Origin: Scyliorhinus canicula
Lineage: Eukaryota
Assembly: GCF_902713615.1 (NCBI RefSeq)
Contig: NC_052160.1
Coordinates: 137,930,737 to 137,994,736, forward strand
Reading direction: 5' to 3'
Length of the DNA: 64,000 nucleotides
Shown here: piece after piece, positions 22,158-34,704 of the stretch
How positions within the stretch are numbered: the first letter of the stretch is position 1
Layout: every line of letters begins with the position of its first letter
The notes under the pieces: generated by a model
Told to the model about the DNA's origin: nothing
Database searches by the model: none
What the model saw: the letters and a program-made list of their open reading frames with translations, nothing else
Made by a program: the position numbers and the translations under genes

Positions 22158-23893
22158 GTAAGTAGCCAAGAAAACATTTTTCTGCAATAAATATGCAAAT
22201 AGAAACAGAAGTTGTCGAGTGGAAGAGTACAATAATTAACTGTTGAAATTAAATTGAAAAGAACTACTTTTGAATCAGAAACGGAAAGGGCTAAGTTTTC
22301 CCAGTTCTGGGAAGGTGAGATTGGGAACAAAGATGCAAAATGGCACTTTGGGCAGGCTACCAGAATCGTTCCCACTTCCAAAGGATCTTGACAGAGCTGA
22401 ATCAACATGGCAATGGCTATCCATACAGTAGCAACGGGTGGTCAATTAGTTGCATTAATGGGACAATTGGGGGAAGAGGTAATGACGTTACTGGGATCTT
22501 CATTATAGCGGATGGGACCCCTGCTGAGGGTCAAGCCTTACAGACAACTGGTGGTAGCATCCTGCGGATAGGGCTGGAAGCAATCAATGCCTCCACTATA
22601 TCAAGCCTGTTCAGTCACACAGGAATTCACCAGCATCGGCTGCAGCCACAGGCAGTCCTGTGGAGCGGATCCCTCGCCACAATGCTGGCCACACAGCTGC
22701 GGCCAGGTGCAGTTTTTAATTTCCCCCACTACTACAAAAAGCCTCTCCATTTTGAGGTGCCCTCGTGATCTCCTGTTAGCTTCAGAAGTGCCAATTTTCC
22801 TGGCGGAGTGGCCGTCCAAACATTGCTACGGGGCCTCCGAGTGAGATTCTTGCTTCCATAGTCTGCTCTCTGTCGATGATTAAACGGGGATTCCGGGGGT
22901 GGCTTCTTAATTGGTTGTTGCTCTGAAGCTTACAACACATCAAAGCCTCCTCAAGGTTCCGAACCGGAATTGAGACCATCATCGGGGTCGTGACCCAACC
23001 GAGCAAGTTCATCCCTCGGACATTCCAGCCCCTCAAACCAAACCAATTTAGGGCGGACAATTTTGTAATTGTTTTGTAATTACAATTTTGTAATTTGTAA
23101 TTGTAATTGTAAAAGATAATGAGAACCATAATGTATAAATCAGGGCTTCTATTCCAATGCATGGGACTTGGATAAGAGGCGCCATTTGCCATCCATTGAA
23201 ACATAATTTGCATTCCGAGTCATTTCACTTCACAGTGACAGAATTTCCAGTAATTCTAATGCGTGGACAAGGTTCCCGTGTCTCAATAGTTTCACTTCCT
23301 CCCTCTATCCCTTCCCTTCCCTTCTTGAGCCACTTCTCCTTTTGCACCCTCACACGAGCCGAGGCAGTGACTATGTGAGGCTACACAACGGCAGCAAATA
23401 TCACAGCGGACATTGGTCCTCCTCCCACGCCACGTCCAGCAGAAATTCCTGGACAACAACCAGGGGCAGGAATTCTGCCTGATCCCTCCCCAAGTCTGGG
23501 GCGCTGAAGCCATTTGTGGAGCCCGCAACACAGGGTGCTTCGAAGATTAATTAATTCATTTGCAGAAGTGTACGGTACAAAGCCAGGTTTACACAGCTCA
23601 AGGACTCGCTGTCCTAACCTGTTCAACCATTGAAATAGCAAATGAATCTTGGGTTTCATTTATTTATTGTTGAGATGTGGGTGGTGCTGACAAGGCCGAC
23701 ATTTACCACCCGTCCATAATTGTGTTGAGGTGAACCACCTTCTTGAACTCTGGCAGTCCATGTCCATGTGGTGTGTGTACACACACACACACTTGTTAGG
23801 GAGGGAGTTCTGGGCTTTAATCCAGCTACAGTGAAGGCTGTGGTCTGATCCTGTAGATTCTGATCAAACTTTTGAATCCCTCCCATAGTTTAT

Positions 23894-24231
23894 AGAATCA
23901 TAGAATTTACAGTGCAGAAGGAGGCCATTTGGCCCATCGAGACTACACCAGCTCTTGGAAAGAGCACCCCAATTAAGCCCACGCCTCCACCCTATCCCCG
24001 TAACCCAGTAACCCCACCTAAGCCTTTTGACATTAAGGGCAATTTATCATGGCCAATCCACCTAACCTGCACATCTTTGGACTGTGGGAGAAAACTGGAG
24101 CACCCGGAGGAAACTCACACAGAGACGGGAAGAATGTGCAGACTCTGCACAGTGACACAAGCTGGGAATTAAACCTGGGGCCCTGGAGCTGCGAAGCAAC
24201 TGCGCTAACCACTGTGCTACCTGTGCTGCCC
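23894..24231 (-). mobile_element. HE1/V-SINE-like SINE (long tail)
   Basis: Same head, body and tail as 15446-15787. Confidence 0.85.
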
Positions 24232-24671
24232 TAAGTTTATGATTATATATCATGAGCCCCCAATTGCATTGGAAGACAGTGAAAAGCTCTCCTGGTTCAG
24301 CGAGATATCCCCCAATCATTTCAGAAATATAACGTGGATGTTACTCATCACCATCAGGGGATGAAATTATTTGAAGCATTAGTCCTTTCGGCAGGTTGAA
24401 AGGCAGCGCTGCTGAAAGGTGCTGTTGTATTGTACAGCACTCTACTCAATTTTGCCCAACGTTTTGAGGAAGTGCTTTGTCAGGAGTGGTTAATGCAGCT
24501 TTCTGCAGCAGATTCAAAGGAGACTGTTGGATTGATGTGGGGGAGTATGTGTGGGTGTGGAATTGAAATTCTTGCAGTGATTTCAGAGTTTAATAAATCA
24601 AAATTACTGCTGATCAAAATGACAGATAGCATTCTGACTGTAAGTAAATCGCATGTTATCTTTTGTTATAG

Positions 24672-24718
24672 GTGAGAATGAAAATGTAAAACTGGAATCC
24701 CCAGCCACAATCACAAAG
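24672..24718 (+). CDS. Receptor cytoplasmic exon
   Basis: TTATAG/GTAAGA, 47 bp, phase 1-0, GENENVKLESPATITK. Confidence 0.75.
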
Positions 24719-25228
24719 GTAAGAATGGAAGGTATTTTAAATTCCACTTCTTATTTTGCAATCATCTAACACAATAATGAAAACTTTAACAGAAACTTAA
24801 ATTCCCTAAAGCTCCCTAAATTCCCCAAAGTACTCATTGTAACTACATTGACGTTATAAACTTTGGTTTTCAACAGCAGCAGCTGAAGGTCCTCCTCCAA
24901 GCCACTTACCATCCTGACTTGGAACTATATTGTTGTCCTTTCATTGTTGCTAGGTCAGAATGCTGGAATTTCCTTCCTAACAGCACTGTAGATGCACCTC
25001 CACCACATGGGCTGCAGCAGTTCAACAAGGTGGCTCACCACCACCTTTCTCAAGGGCAATTGGATATGGGTCACAAACACTGGCCTAACCAGCGACATCC
25101 ACATCTCATGAAAGAATTTAAGAAAAGGTTTTGACAGGGTGCTACATGATCGGGTAACTGGGTGACCCTGGGTTAGGTATAGACAGAAGGATATTATTAT
25201 AGGCAATGTTTCCAGTTGGAGACATGTT

Positions 25229-25515
25229 ATAATAATAATCTTTATTGTCACAAGTAGGCTTACATTAACACTGCAATGAAGTTACTGTGAAAATCCCCTA
25301 GTCGCCACATTCCGCCGCCTGTTCTGGTACAGAGGGAGAATTCAGAATGTCCAATTCGCCTAACAGCACGTCTTTTGGGACTTGTGAGAGGAAACCCACC
25401 TATTCACGGGGAGAAAGTGCAGACTCCGCTCAGACAGTGACCCATGCTGGGAATCAAACCTGGGACTCTGGCGCTGTGAAGCAACAGTGCTGACCACTGT
25501 GCGCCCATGCCTCCC
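25229..25515 (-). mobile_element. V-SINE-like SINE with alternative tail ending CTAATAAAGATTATT
   Basis: Same body as the HE1-like copies, different 3' half; sister copies at 27278-27570 (+) and 57439-57613 (-). Confidence 0.8.
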
Positions 25516-25741
25516 GGGTTATTCACGCAACCCTGTAAGGATTAGCAATAGAGATGGCAAAGAGAAGCCACTTTATTATTGCTGAAGGCATTTAGAGAAT
25601 GTACATTGCCAGATGATACAAAGCAGGTGTTGGAAAGTTGGGTGGGAAATATGTTATAAGCCAATCTAAATATGATAGGCCTATGTGGGACATAAATTAA
25701 TGGATTATTATGGGTAGGTTTCACATCAGGCAACGACATGC

Positions 25742-25955
25742 TGTTATGGGCCAGGATTTTGAAAACTCCAAAGTATATTATGGAGTTCAGCTGACCTCCA
25801 ACTGTTTATTCATTTTGGCTAGGGTGAGCAGAAGAGCTGCCTTTCAGGTGTCATTCAACGGACTTCTTAGGTGCTTTTAATAAAAAAAACAAGCTTTACG
25901 AATTTAATTAACATTTGTATAAACACACACAGTAAGACTTTTTATCGACTACAAA
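25742..25955. repeat. Truncated LTR fragment, same family as 17939-18577
   Basis: TGTTATGGGCCAGG..GGAGTTCA(G/C)CTGACC..AAACACACACAGTAAG shared. Confidence 0.7.
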
Positions 25956-27277
25956 GCTTTGCATTATCAAAAGTTAGGATAAATCAAGAAATAGGAGTGA
26001 AAGTTACATCAGGGTACTTCAGAATCATTGACCAATGAAACAAAGTTGTGAGCTCGTTCAGCGAGTTGGATTGGCTGCAAATGCATAAAAGAGAACTGAA
26101 TAATTTCTTAGCTGCAGGCTGACATTATAAACTCTATAAGAGGGAAGGTATGGTTTTCTAGTTGCTGTGATCTCTAGCATCTTGCTTGATTGTCTTGGGG
26201 GTTGGAGAGGAGTTTCCCAGGGGGGAGTTATTTTCCTAAATTGGCCTGGGGTTTTCACCCTGGTTTCTTATGCTTTTCACGGCACACGCTTAATGGACTA
26301 ATTGTTTTGACCCTACCAGTTCACAAATGTTTTTAGGCTTATAACTATCCTTCTGCCTCACCAACGTGTGCAGTATCAGCCTCCTCAAAACCACTCTCTC
26401 CAATTCTGGCTTCTGACTACTGTTGCTTCTTCCTTCTCTTCTACTCAAAAGGTTCAGAGCAGGTGCTTGCCATTACCATTTTAGTAGATTAATTTTGAGC
26501 TCATGGTTTGCTGTAATCAGCCTATGCCTAGCATCTTAAAGGTTTAGATAAATGAAATAAGCCATACCACTTTGCGCATCCAGTTTTTCAATAACTAGAA
26601 CTTTTATTGAGACACTGCACCCTGCACAAAAGCAGATGTTGATACATGCTTTATGTTATAGAGAAGAGATACGGATCCACAATGTCACTGCATCCGCACT
26701 AATTTGCTTTTATTACAAAGTCACTGACCTAGTTGCAGCACTGATCGGAGTTGCAAGCTAAACATGTTTGCCCAGCTCATCTTGCTACTTAATGCCAACT
26801 TCAGTTTTAACCGCACATTCAACAATTGCCATTTTTCATGAAGGCTCCTGAAGCAAGTGTTCAGGTACATCCTGTGAAAGGTCAATGATGCACGTATACA
26901 CTCACTTACCATGACCAGGTGATGGTACTTTGTTGCAGTTCTCAACCAACACAACTCCAGGCCAACTCCTTCACTTCAACAACGTTCTATTTATAAAAAA
27001 TAAAAGTGGTGTCGTTTCCAAACAAGACTTCTTCATAGTTAACTGTGAAAGCGCGAATCATTTAATGATCGTCAATCGTTTAAAATTAGCAAGTGGTCAA
27101 AATATTCAAGAGACCCAGGTCAATCCACTTGGGTGAAAAGGCACAGACCGAATTATGTGGGAAATGTTAAATATTGGAGTCAGCAAATTTATGCATGAAG
27201 CAGACTTAGGCATCAATTTATGATAACATTTTAATAAAAGGATCAATTATCATTCAATCTTGGTAATTGGCAATCAT

Positions 27278-27570
27278 GGGCAGCATAGTAGCACTGTTGC
27301 TTCACAGCTCCAGGGTCCCGGGACGATTCCCGGCTTGGGTCACTGTCTGCGCGGAGTCTGCACGTTCTCCCCGTGTCTGCGTGGGTTTCCTCCGGGGGCT
27401 CCTGTTTCCTCCCACAAGTCCCGAAGACGTGCTTGTTAGGTGGATTGGACATTCTGAATTCTCGATCAGTTTACCCAAACAGGCGCCGGCGTACGGTGAC
27501 TAGGGGATTTGCACAGTGGCTTCATTGCAATGTTAATGTGAGCCTACTTGTGACACTAATAAAGATTATT
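27278..27570 (+). mobile_element. V-SINE-like SINE, alternative tail
   Basis: GGGCAGC head; tail CTACTTGTGACACTAATAAAGATTATT. Confidence 0.8.
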
Positions 27571-28130
27571 GTTTGAATGTGCTGTCAAGGACAGCTTTTA
27601 TTCCCTTTCCTTTGAGTCAGTGAGATGCCTTCTTGGACCGCTGCAGTCCATCTGGTGCAGGTTAGGGAGTACCATTAGGGAGGGAGTTCCAGGATTCTGG
27701 CCCAGCGACAGTGAAGGAAAGGCCGATATTTTTCCAAATGGTGATGGTGTGTGCAGCTTGAAGAGGAACATTCAGCTGGTGGTGTTCCCGTGCGTTTGCA
27801 ACATTTGCGCTCCCAGCTGAAATGGAGCCGATTTCGAAGGAGCTGTCAAAAGTGCCTTGGTGAGTTGGTACACGTGTCCAGTGAATGACATGCACGACCG
27901 GTAATGAACCAAGAGTGCTGATCGAGTGGGCTGCTTTGTCCTGGATGGTGTTGAGTTTCCTGAGCTGCACTCATCCGGCCAGGTGAAGAGTTTTCCACCA
28001 TAGTCCTGACTTCCACCTGTAGACTGGCAGGAGGAGGTACTTGCCGCAGAATCCCCACCTTTAACTTACTGTTGTAGCTACAGTACAGATATGGTCAATA
28101 GTAACACCCAGGATATTAATGGTGGGATAG
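27570..28130 (-). mobile_element. CR1-clade 3' fragment (family B)
   Basis: Homologous to 60000-60940 (+). Confidence 0.6.
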
Positions 28131-28201
28131 TATCACAGGAATGTCTACTTTGTTTGATCACCTTTAGACCGCACCAAGCATGAATGATCTATTTATTTTA
28201 G

Positions 28202-28378
28202 TTCGACAGGGAAGCTGAAGACACGATCACTTATTCAACTGTGGAAATTCAAACTGCTGCTCAAAGAGAAGGACATTCTGCAACTTACGCCAATTTGAAG
28301 AACTTGAACACGCAAAGCAGTAGCATCGCGACCAATTCAGAATCAGTGGAATATTCCACACTGGTGTTCAAACCCTAG
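28202..28378 (+). CDS. Receptor last coding exon with ITIM motifs
   Basis: TTTTAG acceptor, phase 0, FDREAEDTITYSTVEIQ..SATYANL..SVEYSTLVFKP-stop. Confidence 0.85.
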   Translation, partial: FDREAEDTITYSTVEIQTAAQREGHSATYANLKNLNTQSSSIATNSESVEYSTLVFKP

Positions 28379-28396
28379 TTCAAAATAGCACTCTGT

Positions 28397-28622
28397 CGGG
28401 CAGCACGGTGGCGCAGTGAGTTAGCCCTGTTGCCTCACGGCGCCGAGGTCCCAGGTTCGATCCCGGCTCTGGGTCACTGTCTGTGTGGAGTTTACACATT
28501 CTCCCCGTGTTTGCGTGGGTTTCGCCCCCACAACCCGAAAGATGTGCAGGGTAGGTGGATTGGCTATGCTAAATTGCCCCTTAATTGGAAAAAATGAATT
28601 GGGTACTCTAAATTTATTTTTA
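28397..28622 (+). mobile_element. Short-tail SINE with 15-bp TSD, in the receptor 3' UTR
   Basis: AAAATAGCACTCTGT at 28382-28396 and 28623-28637. Confidence 0.9.
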
Positions 28623-29580
28623 AAAATAGCACTCTGTAAATATACTAAAGCAAAATATCGCACATCCCTTAAATCTGAAACATAAACAAAACACTGGAAA
28701 TATTCAGTAGTGCTGGCACCAACAGTGGAGGGTTAACAGCTCTAATTTTGCATACCCTGGGAAGAGGCTGGCGGCAGATGTAGTCTGGTACCATGGCAAT
28801 AGTGCCATGTCTGCTTCTGCTGGTGTTTTACCAGCGTCAGGGTGGGGAAATCGGGTGTCAAGTGGCCAGCCTGCCCTTGGTCCAACTGTGCTATTATTCT
28901 CCCAGTAGCTTGGTGTTCCTAGACCATCTGGTCAGGCTACCGGGTGATACCTACTGGCTTTGATCTGGATCGAGACGAACATCTCTTTGCTGCGAGCACC
29001 TTGTGCCTGATGGTGTACATCCCAACACCCCCCCACACCCCACGGTATCTCTCCCCCTCAGTGTTCTACCTCTGCACCCAACCCCCTCCCCCCAAACCTA
29101 GTCCTTCGCCTGCCTGGTCAAGGCCTGCCACCCTGGCCATGCAATATTCCACATTCACTTCCAAATCCATATCCTCAAATCCTCACCCTTGGGGACGGGC
29201 TGCAGTTGCCACTGCTCCGGTTGTCCAGCTTGGACTAAGGGCTGCTGGCCATTTGTTTGATCAGGAGCTCTCGGAAGGGGGACTTCCTCCCAGAGAGAGG
29301 TTCAAGTCTCACCCTGAGCCACTTGACAGCCGTAAAATGAGCTGAGGGCAACCTAACCCTTCGCGTTAAATTCCACCTAAAGTTTCAGGCCGATAACCCT
29401 TTCATCAGAATTTTCAAGAAAGGTCATGACCTGAAAAATTTACTGCTTTTCTCCCCAGCTACTGCCCTATAATCTTTTATCATTACCTTGTATTATATAT
29501 TTGTATTTCAGACATTCCAAAATTGGTAATTGAATTGCAGGAAATAAGATGTGTGGCAGAGGTCTATTAAAACAGTTTGG

Positions 29581-32115
29581 AGCCATCCAGCAGAGTTCTA
29601 TAAAAAAAATCCTCCAGGATATTGGGACCAGTGCTGGTGAAGGTGTTTAATGAGGCAAGGGAAAGGGGGGTCCTGCCCCAGATGATGTCACAGGCCACGA
29701 TTTCGCTTATCCTGAAGCGGGACCAGGACCCGGAGCTATGTGGGTCTTTCAGGCCGATTTCCCTGTTGAACGTAGATGCCAAACTGCTGGCCAAAGTTTT
29801 GTCCTCCAGGATTGAGGACTGTGTACTGGACGTTATTGTGGAGGATCAGGCGGGGTTTGTTAAGAGCAGGCAGCTGGTGGCCAATGTAAGAAGGCTGTTA
29901 AATGTGATCATGATGCCCCCGGAGAGTAGGAAGGTGGAGGTAGTGGTCGCGATGGATGCGGAGAAAGCTTTTGACCGGGTTGAGTGGGATTATTTATGGG
30001 AGGTTCTGGAGCGGTTCGGATTTGGGAGGCTTTATTAACTGGGTCAGATTGCTGTACCAGACTCCTGTGGCAAGTGTACGAACGAACAGGATGACTTTGG
30101 ATTATTTTAGACAGCACCGGGGGAAGAGACAGGGATGCCCCCTCTCCCCACTGCTGTTTGAGCTGGCAATAGAGCCGCTGGCAATTGCTCTAAGGGCTTC
30201 AAGGGGCTGGAGAGGACTGGTCCGGGGTGGGAGGGGGGGGGAGGGAGCGGGGCACAGAGTCTCGCTGTATACGGACGACCTGCTTTTGCATGTTTCAGAT
30301 GCAATGGAGGGGATGGAAGAAATTATGGGAATTTTAGGGGAATTCGGCCGGTTTTCAGGGTATAAGCTTAATATGGGAAGAACGAGATGTTTGTGGTCCA
30401 GGCGAGAGGTCAGAAGAGGTGAGTGGGGGAATTGCCTTTTGGAGTTGCAGGGGACAGTTTCAGGTACCTAGGTTTCAAAGTGGTGAGGGATTGGGACTGG
30501 CTACATAAATTGAACTTGGCCCAGTTGGTAGGACAGATCAAGGAGGATTTCCAGAGATGGGATGCGCTCCCGTCGTCTCTGGCGGGCAGAGTTCAAACAG
30601 TTAAAACGATGGTCCTCCCGAGATTTCTTTTTGTTTTCCAGTGTCTCCCCATCTTCATCCCGCGGTCCTTTTTTAAGCGGGTCAATAAAGTTATAGCGGG
30701 CTTTGTATGGGGGGGGGGGGGGGGGGGGGGCAAGTCCTGCGACTGAAGAGGGTAATGCTTGAGTGGAGTCGGAGGGAGGGTGGGTTGGCGCTGAACTTTA
30801 GCAATTAGTACTGGGCAGCTAATATAGCCATGGTTAGGAAGTGGCTGGTGGGGGGAGGGGGGCGGGGTCAGAATGGGAGCATATGGAGGTGGCTTCATGC
30901 AGGGGAACAAGTCTGGGGGCGTTGGTAACCGCGCCTCTGCCGTTCCCACCGGCGCGGTACTCCACCAGCCCCATGGTGGTGGCGGCCCTGAGAGTCGGGG
31001 GCAACGGAGGAGACATGTGGGAGCATCGATCTGGTTCCCAATCTGCGATAATCACCGGTTTGCCCCGGGGAGGATGGATGGGGGGGTTCCGAATTTGGCG
31101 GAGAGCGGGGATTGAGGATGGGGACTTGTTTATAGAGGGGAGCTTTCCGAGTATGAGGGTGCTGGAGGAGAAGTTTGCATTGGTGAGGGGAAACGAATTC
31201 CGATATTTACAGGTACGGGACTTTCTGCGGAAGCAGGTGCCAAACTTCCGCTCCTGCCGCTAAGAGGGATTCAGGATAGGGTGATTTCTAGAGGATGGAT
31301 AGGAGAGGGGAACGTTTCGGACATATATAAGGAGTTTATGGGATCGGAGACGACACAGACCGAGGAGCTGAAGCGAAAGTGGAAGGAGGAGCTGGGAGGA
31401 GAGATGGAAGAGGGCCTTTGGGCGGACGCGTTGAGTAGTCAACGCGACCACAACATGTGCCAGGCTCAGCCTGATTCAATTCAAGGTCGTGCACCGGGCT
31501 CACATGACAGTGGCCCGGATGAGCAGATTCTTTGGGGTGGAGGATAGGTGCACAAAATGTGCAGGACCAGCGAACCATGTCCACATGTTCTGGGCATGTC
31601 CAAAGCTTAGGTGATTTTGGCAGGGATTTTCTGACGTCTCATGTCCAAGGTATTAAATACAAGGGTGGCATCGAGTCCAGAGGTGGCGATTTTCAGGGTG
31701 TCACAGGATCCGGGAATCCAGGAGGAGAAAGAGGCAGATGTTCTGGCCTTTGCTTCCCTGGTAGCCCGGAGACAGAGCATAGAGGGACACGAAGTCCCCG
31801 AAGTCAGAGACCTGGCTATCGGACATGGCTGGCTTTCTCTGCCTGGAGAAAGTTAAGTTTGCCATGAGAAGGTCATTGTTAGGGTTCGCCCGGAGGTGGC
31901 AACCATTTATCGAGTTCTTCGCAGAGAATTAACCGTCAGGAGAAAGGCGGGGGGTGGGGGGGGTTAGGTTATCGTAGATTAGGGGGTTAGGTAATGGTGG
32001 GACCTGTGGGGGAGGGAGGCAGTATTGGCACTATGTTTACATTTTATGCAGTGTTTATATTGCTGCTGTTACAATGCCAAAAAAAGAAAATACCTCAATA
32101 AAAAGTTTATTAAAA
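29581..32115 (+). mobile_element. 5'-truncated L1-clade LINE (RT to 3' UTR), degenerate
   Basis: SFRPISLLNVDAKLLAKVL, DAEKAFDRVEW, RQGCPLSPLLF, SLYTDD, HRAH..HVHMFWACP-like; AATAAA plus A-tail at ~32098-32117. Confidence 0.92.
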
Positions 32116-32962
32116 AAGGTTTGGCCGAGTCTGAAGGCACTTTTACATCTTCACTTAAATCCTTTGTGCTCTGCAGGGCGGGTATATGGAAATACCATAG
32201 AGCAGTCCAAAGTTCCCTCTAATGTATCAAAGCAGCAGGTTGATGACTGCCCTTGACAGCACACTGGGACCAGTGTTTGGAGAGTCACAGCCTGAGCCAG
32301 TGACTTTGCTGCAGAAATTTAAAGATTCATCGTTTTTACCTTTCAATTATTGCTAATCAATTGCTTTTTCAGTTTCTGGCGCACTCCTTGGAAGCATGCG
32401 ATTCAATGCCTTGGGACCATGTATAATCAAAGTGCACAGCCATTAAAATATAGGCAATCTGGTTTTTACAATAACAAGATGGCTCAGCACAAATGGCATA
32501 CAAAAGTTACAATGGCTAGTTCTAATGGCCAAAATAATCAATGGATACTTTGTGAAGAGCAAACTGACCTGCTGAATGTTTCCAACTTTTTCTGCAGTAT
32601 TGTGCTTTTGTATCTATTTAAGGTTAAGTCCAGTTTCATTTATTAATCAGATAGAACCTGAGAGAAAATACTTTGGTCATGAACATTAACTTGGTGGGCA
32701 GTATTATTCTGATTATGCCTGGTGAAAATATTTTTGAATAAAACTTTTTTGCACCATCTTGTTCTCACTTATGCATGGGTAGCGTTTCACTGACCTAGAC
32801 AAGTTGGCAAGGTTGTCACAGTGGCTTCTCAGGTCAATAATTTTGGGACCGTTTCCAATTCCAGCTAAGCTTTCCTTCTGGAAGAGGAGCAGGCTGAAAA
32901 TAGTCAGGCGATAGTTGGTATGGAGATGCAGAGGAACAAACACTGGATGACTCAATAGATCA

Positions 32963-33634
32963 GGGGCGGGATTCTCCGACCCCCAGCCGAGTGGGAGAAT
33001 CGCCCGGGGCCGGCGTCAATCCTGACCCCGCCGTGTCCCGAATTCTCCGCCACCCGAGATTTGGCGGGGGCGGGAATCGCACCGGTCCCCCCCGCGGCGA
33101 TTCTCTGGCCCGCGATGGGCCGAAGTCCCGCCGCTGACAAACCTCTCCCGCCGGCGTGGATTAAACCACCTACCTTATCGACAGGCGGGCACCGGATTCC
33201 TGGGGGGGGGCAATCTGACCCCGGGGGGTGCCCCCATAGTGGCCTGGCCCACGATCAGGGCCCACCGATCAGCGGGCGGGCCTGTGCCGTGGTGGCACTC
33301 GTTTTCTTCCGCTTTCGGCATGGACCATGGCGGAGGCGGAAGAGACCCCCTCCCCTGCGCATGCGCCGGGATGACATCAGCAGCCGCTGACGCTCCGGCG
33401 CATGCGCGGACTTATGCCAGCCGGCTAAGTCCTTTCGGCTCCAGCTGGCGTGGCGCCAAAGGCCGTTCACGCCAGCCAGTGGAGTGGGAACCACTCCGGC
33501 GCGGGCCTAGCCCCTCAATGTGAGGGCTTGGCCCCTAAAGGTGCGGAAGTGGCGGCCCGACGCCCGAGTGGTTCACGCCACTCCAACACGCCGGGACCCC
33601 CCCCGCCCCACCGGGTAGGGGAGAATCCCGGCCC
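32963..33634. mobile_element. GC-rich MITE-like non-autonomous element with terminal inverted repeats
   Basis: GGCGGGATTCTCC at the left end, GGAGAATCCCGGCC at the right end, internal GGGAGAATCGC sub-repeats, no coding capacity; TSD not resolved. Confidence 0.65.
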
Positions 33635-34399
33635 AGAAGTGTACTCCAGCTGGAGTAAGATCTTTGAATTATGCAGCCTTTCTTGGAGCTAATTAGAAAG
33701 CCAAGGAGGTTGGGTCTTCCGATCCTGGTGATGAGGAAAATAGGGATGGACGGGTCTTCCGTTTACATCTTCCATCCCATGAAATAAAAGTCTCTCAGAA
33801 TCTATTTAACTATGGTGGTTTCTAGTTCATTTATTGCCCTCTTCAGAGCACTCTTTACAGTTTATAAGTATAGATTCCTGGTTTTAGATGATCTTACCAT
33901 GAAAGAGGAAGAAAAAAAATCTAAAATGAAGAAATGCTTTCTTATGACCACATCACTCTTTTTCCCCCGTTTGTGAAACAGCCTTGAAATATAAAAAGGA
34001 TATTGACTCAATGTCAGAATCACATGGCATTGTGTCACAGAGCAGCAGGTCATTACTTCACAGCGATGAGTTCCACAGCACCACAGGCAACGCCATGGGG
34101 AGGAAATGGAGAGTCTGCAAGTAACCAGCACGGCTACAGGTCCCAGCGACTGGGCCACATTCATTATTGGAAAAGGCTGGAGAATAACGTTTGCTTATTA
34201 TTTTGTTGGCACAGGAGGAAGCACAGCTTACAAAGTTCGAGAGAGACAGAGAGTGTGAGGGACTTTCAGGGTTATGGTGAAAAGATAGATGGGGAAGTAT
34301 GGTCATGGCATCGCACAAAAATAGATGCACCATGACCCATCATCACATGCCCACCAGTCAGAAAATATATAATGATTGACAGGTGCAACAAGAATTATA

Positions 34400-34704
34400 G
34401 AGAATAGAACTGTTCCAGTGCAGGAGACGGCCATTCGGCCCATTGAGTCTGCACCTCGCCTCTGAAAAAGCACCCTCCCTATTCCCGTAACCACACCTAA
34501 CCTGCACATCTTTGGACATTAAGGGGAAATTTAGCATGGCCAATCCACCTAACCTGCACATCTTTGGACTGTGGGAAGAAACCGGAGCACCCGGAGGAAT
34601 CCCACTCGGGGGAGAATGTGCAAACCCCGCAGTCACCCAAGGCCAGAATTGAACCCGGGTCCCTCGAGCTGTGAGGCAGCAGTGCTAACCACTGTGCCAC
34701 CCTC
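34400..34704 (-). mobile_element. HE1/V-SINE-like SINE
   Basis: Head, body and tail match the other copies. Confidence 0.8.

Noticed and set aside
26910-26986. Minus-strand segment with a strong GTAAGT donor and a TAG acceptor
   Set aside because: There are stops in all three frames and no other support; such signals arise by chance.
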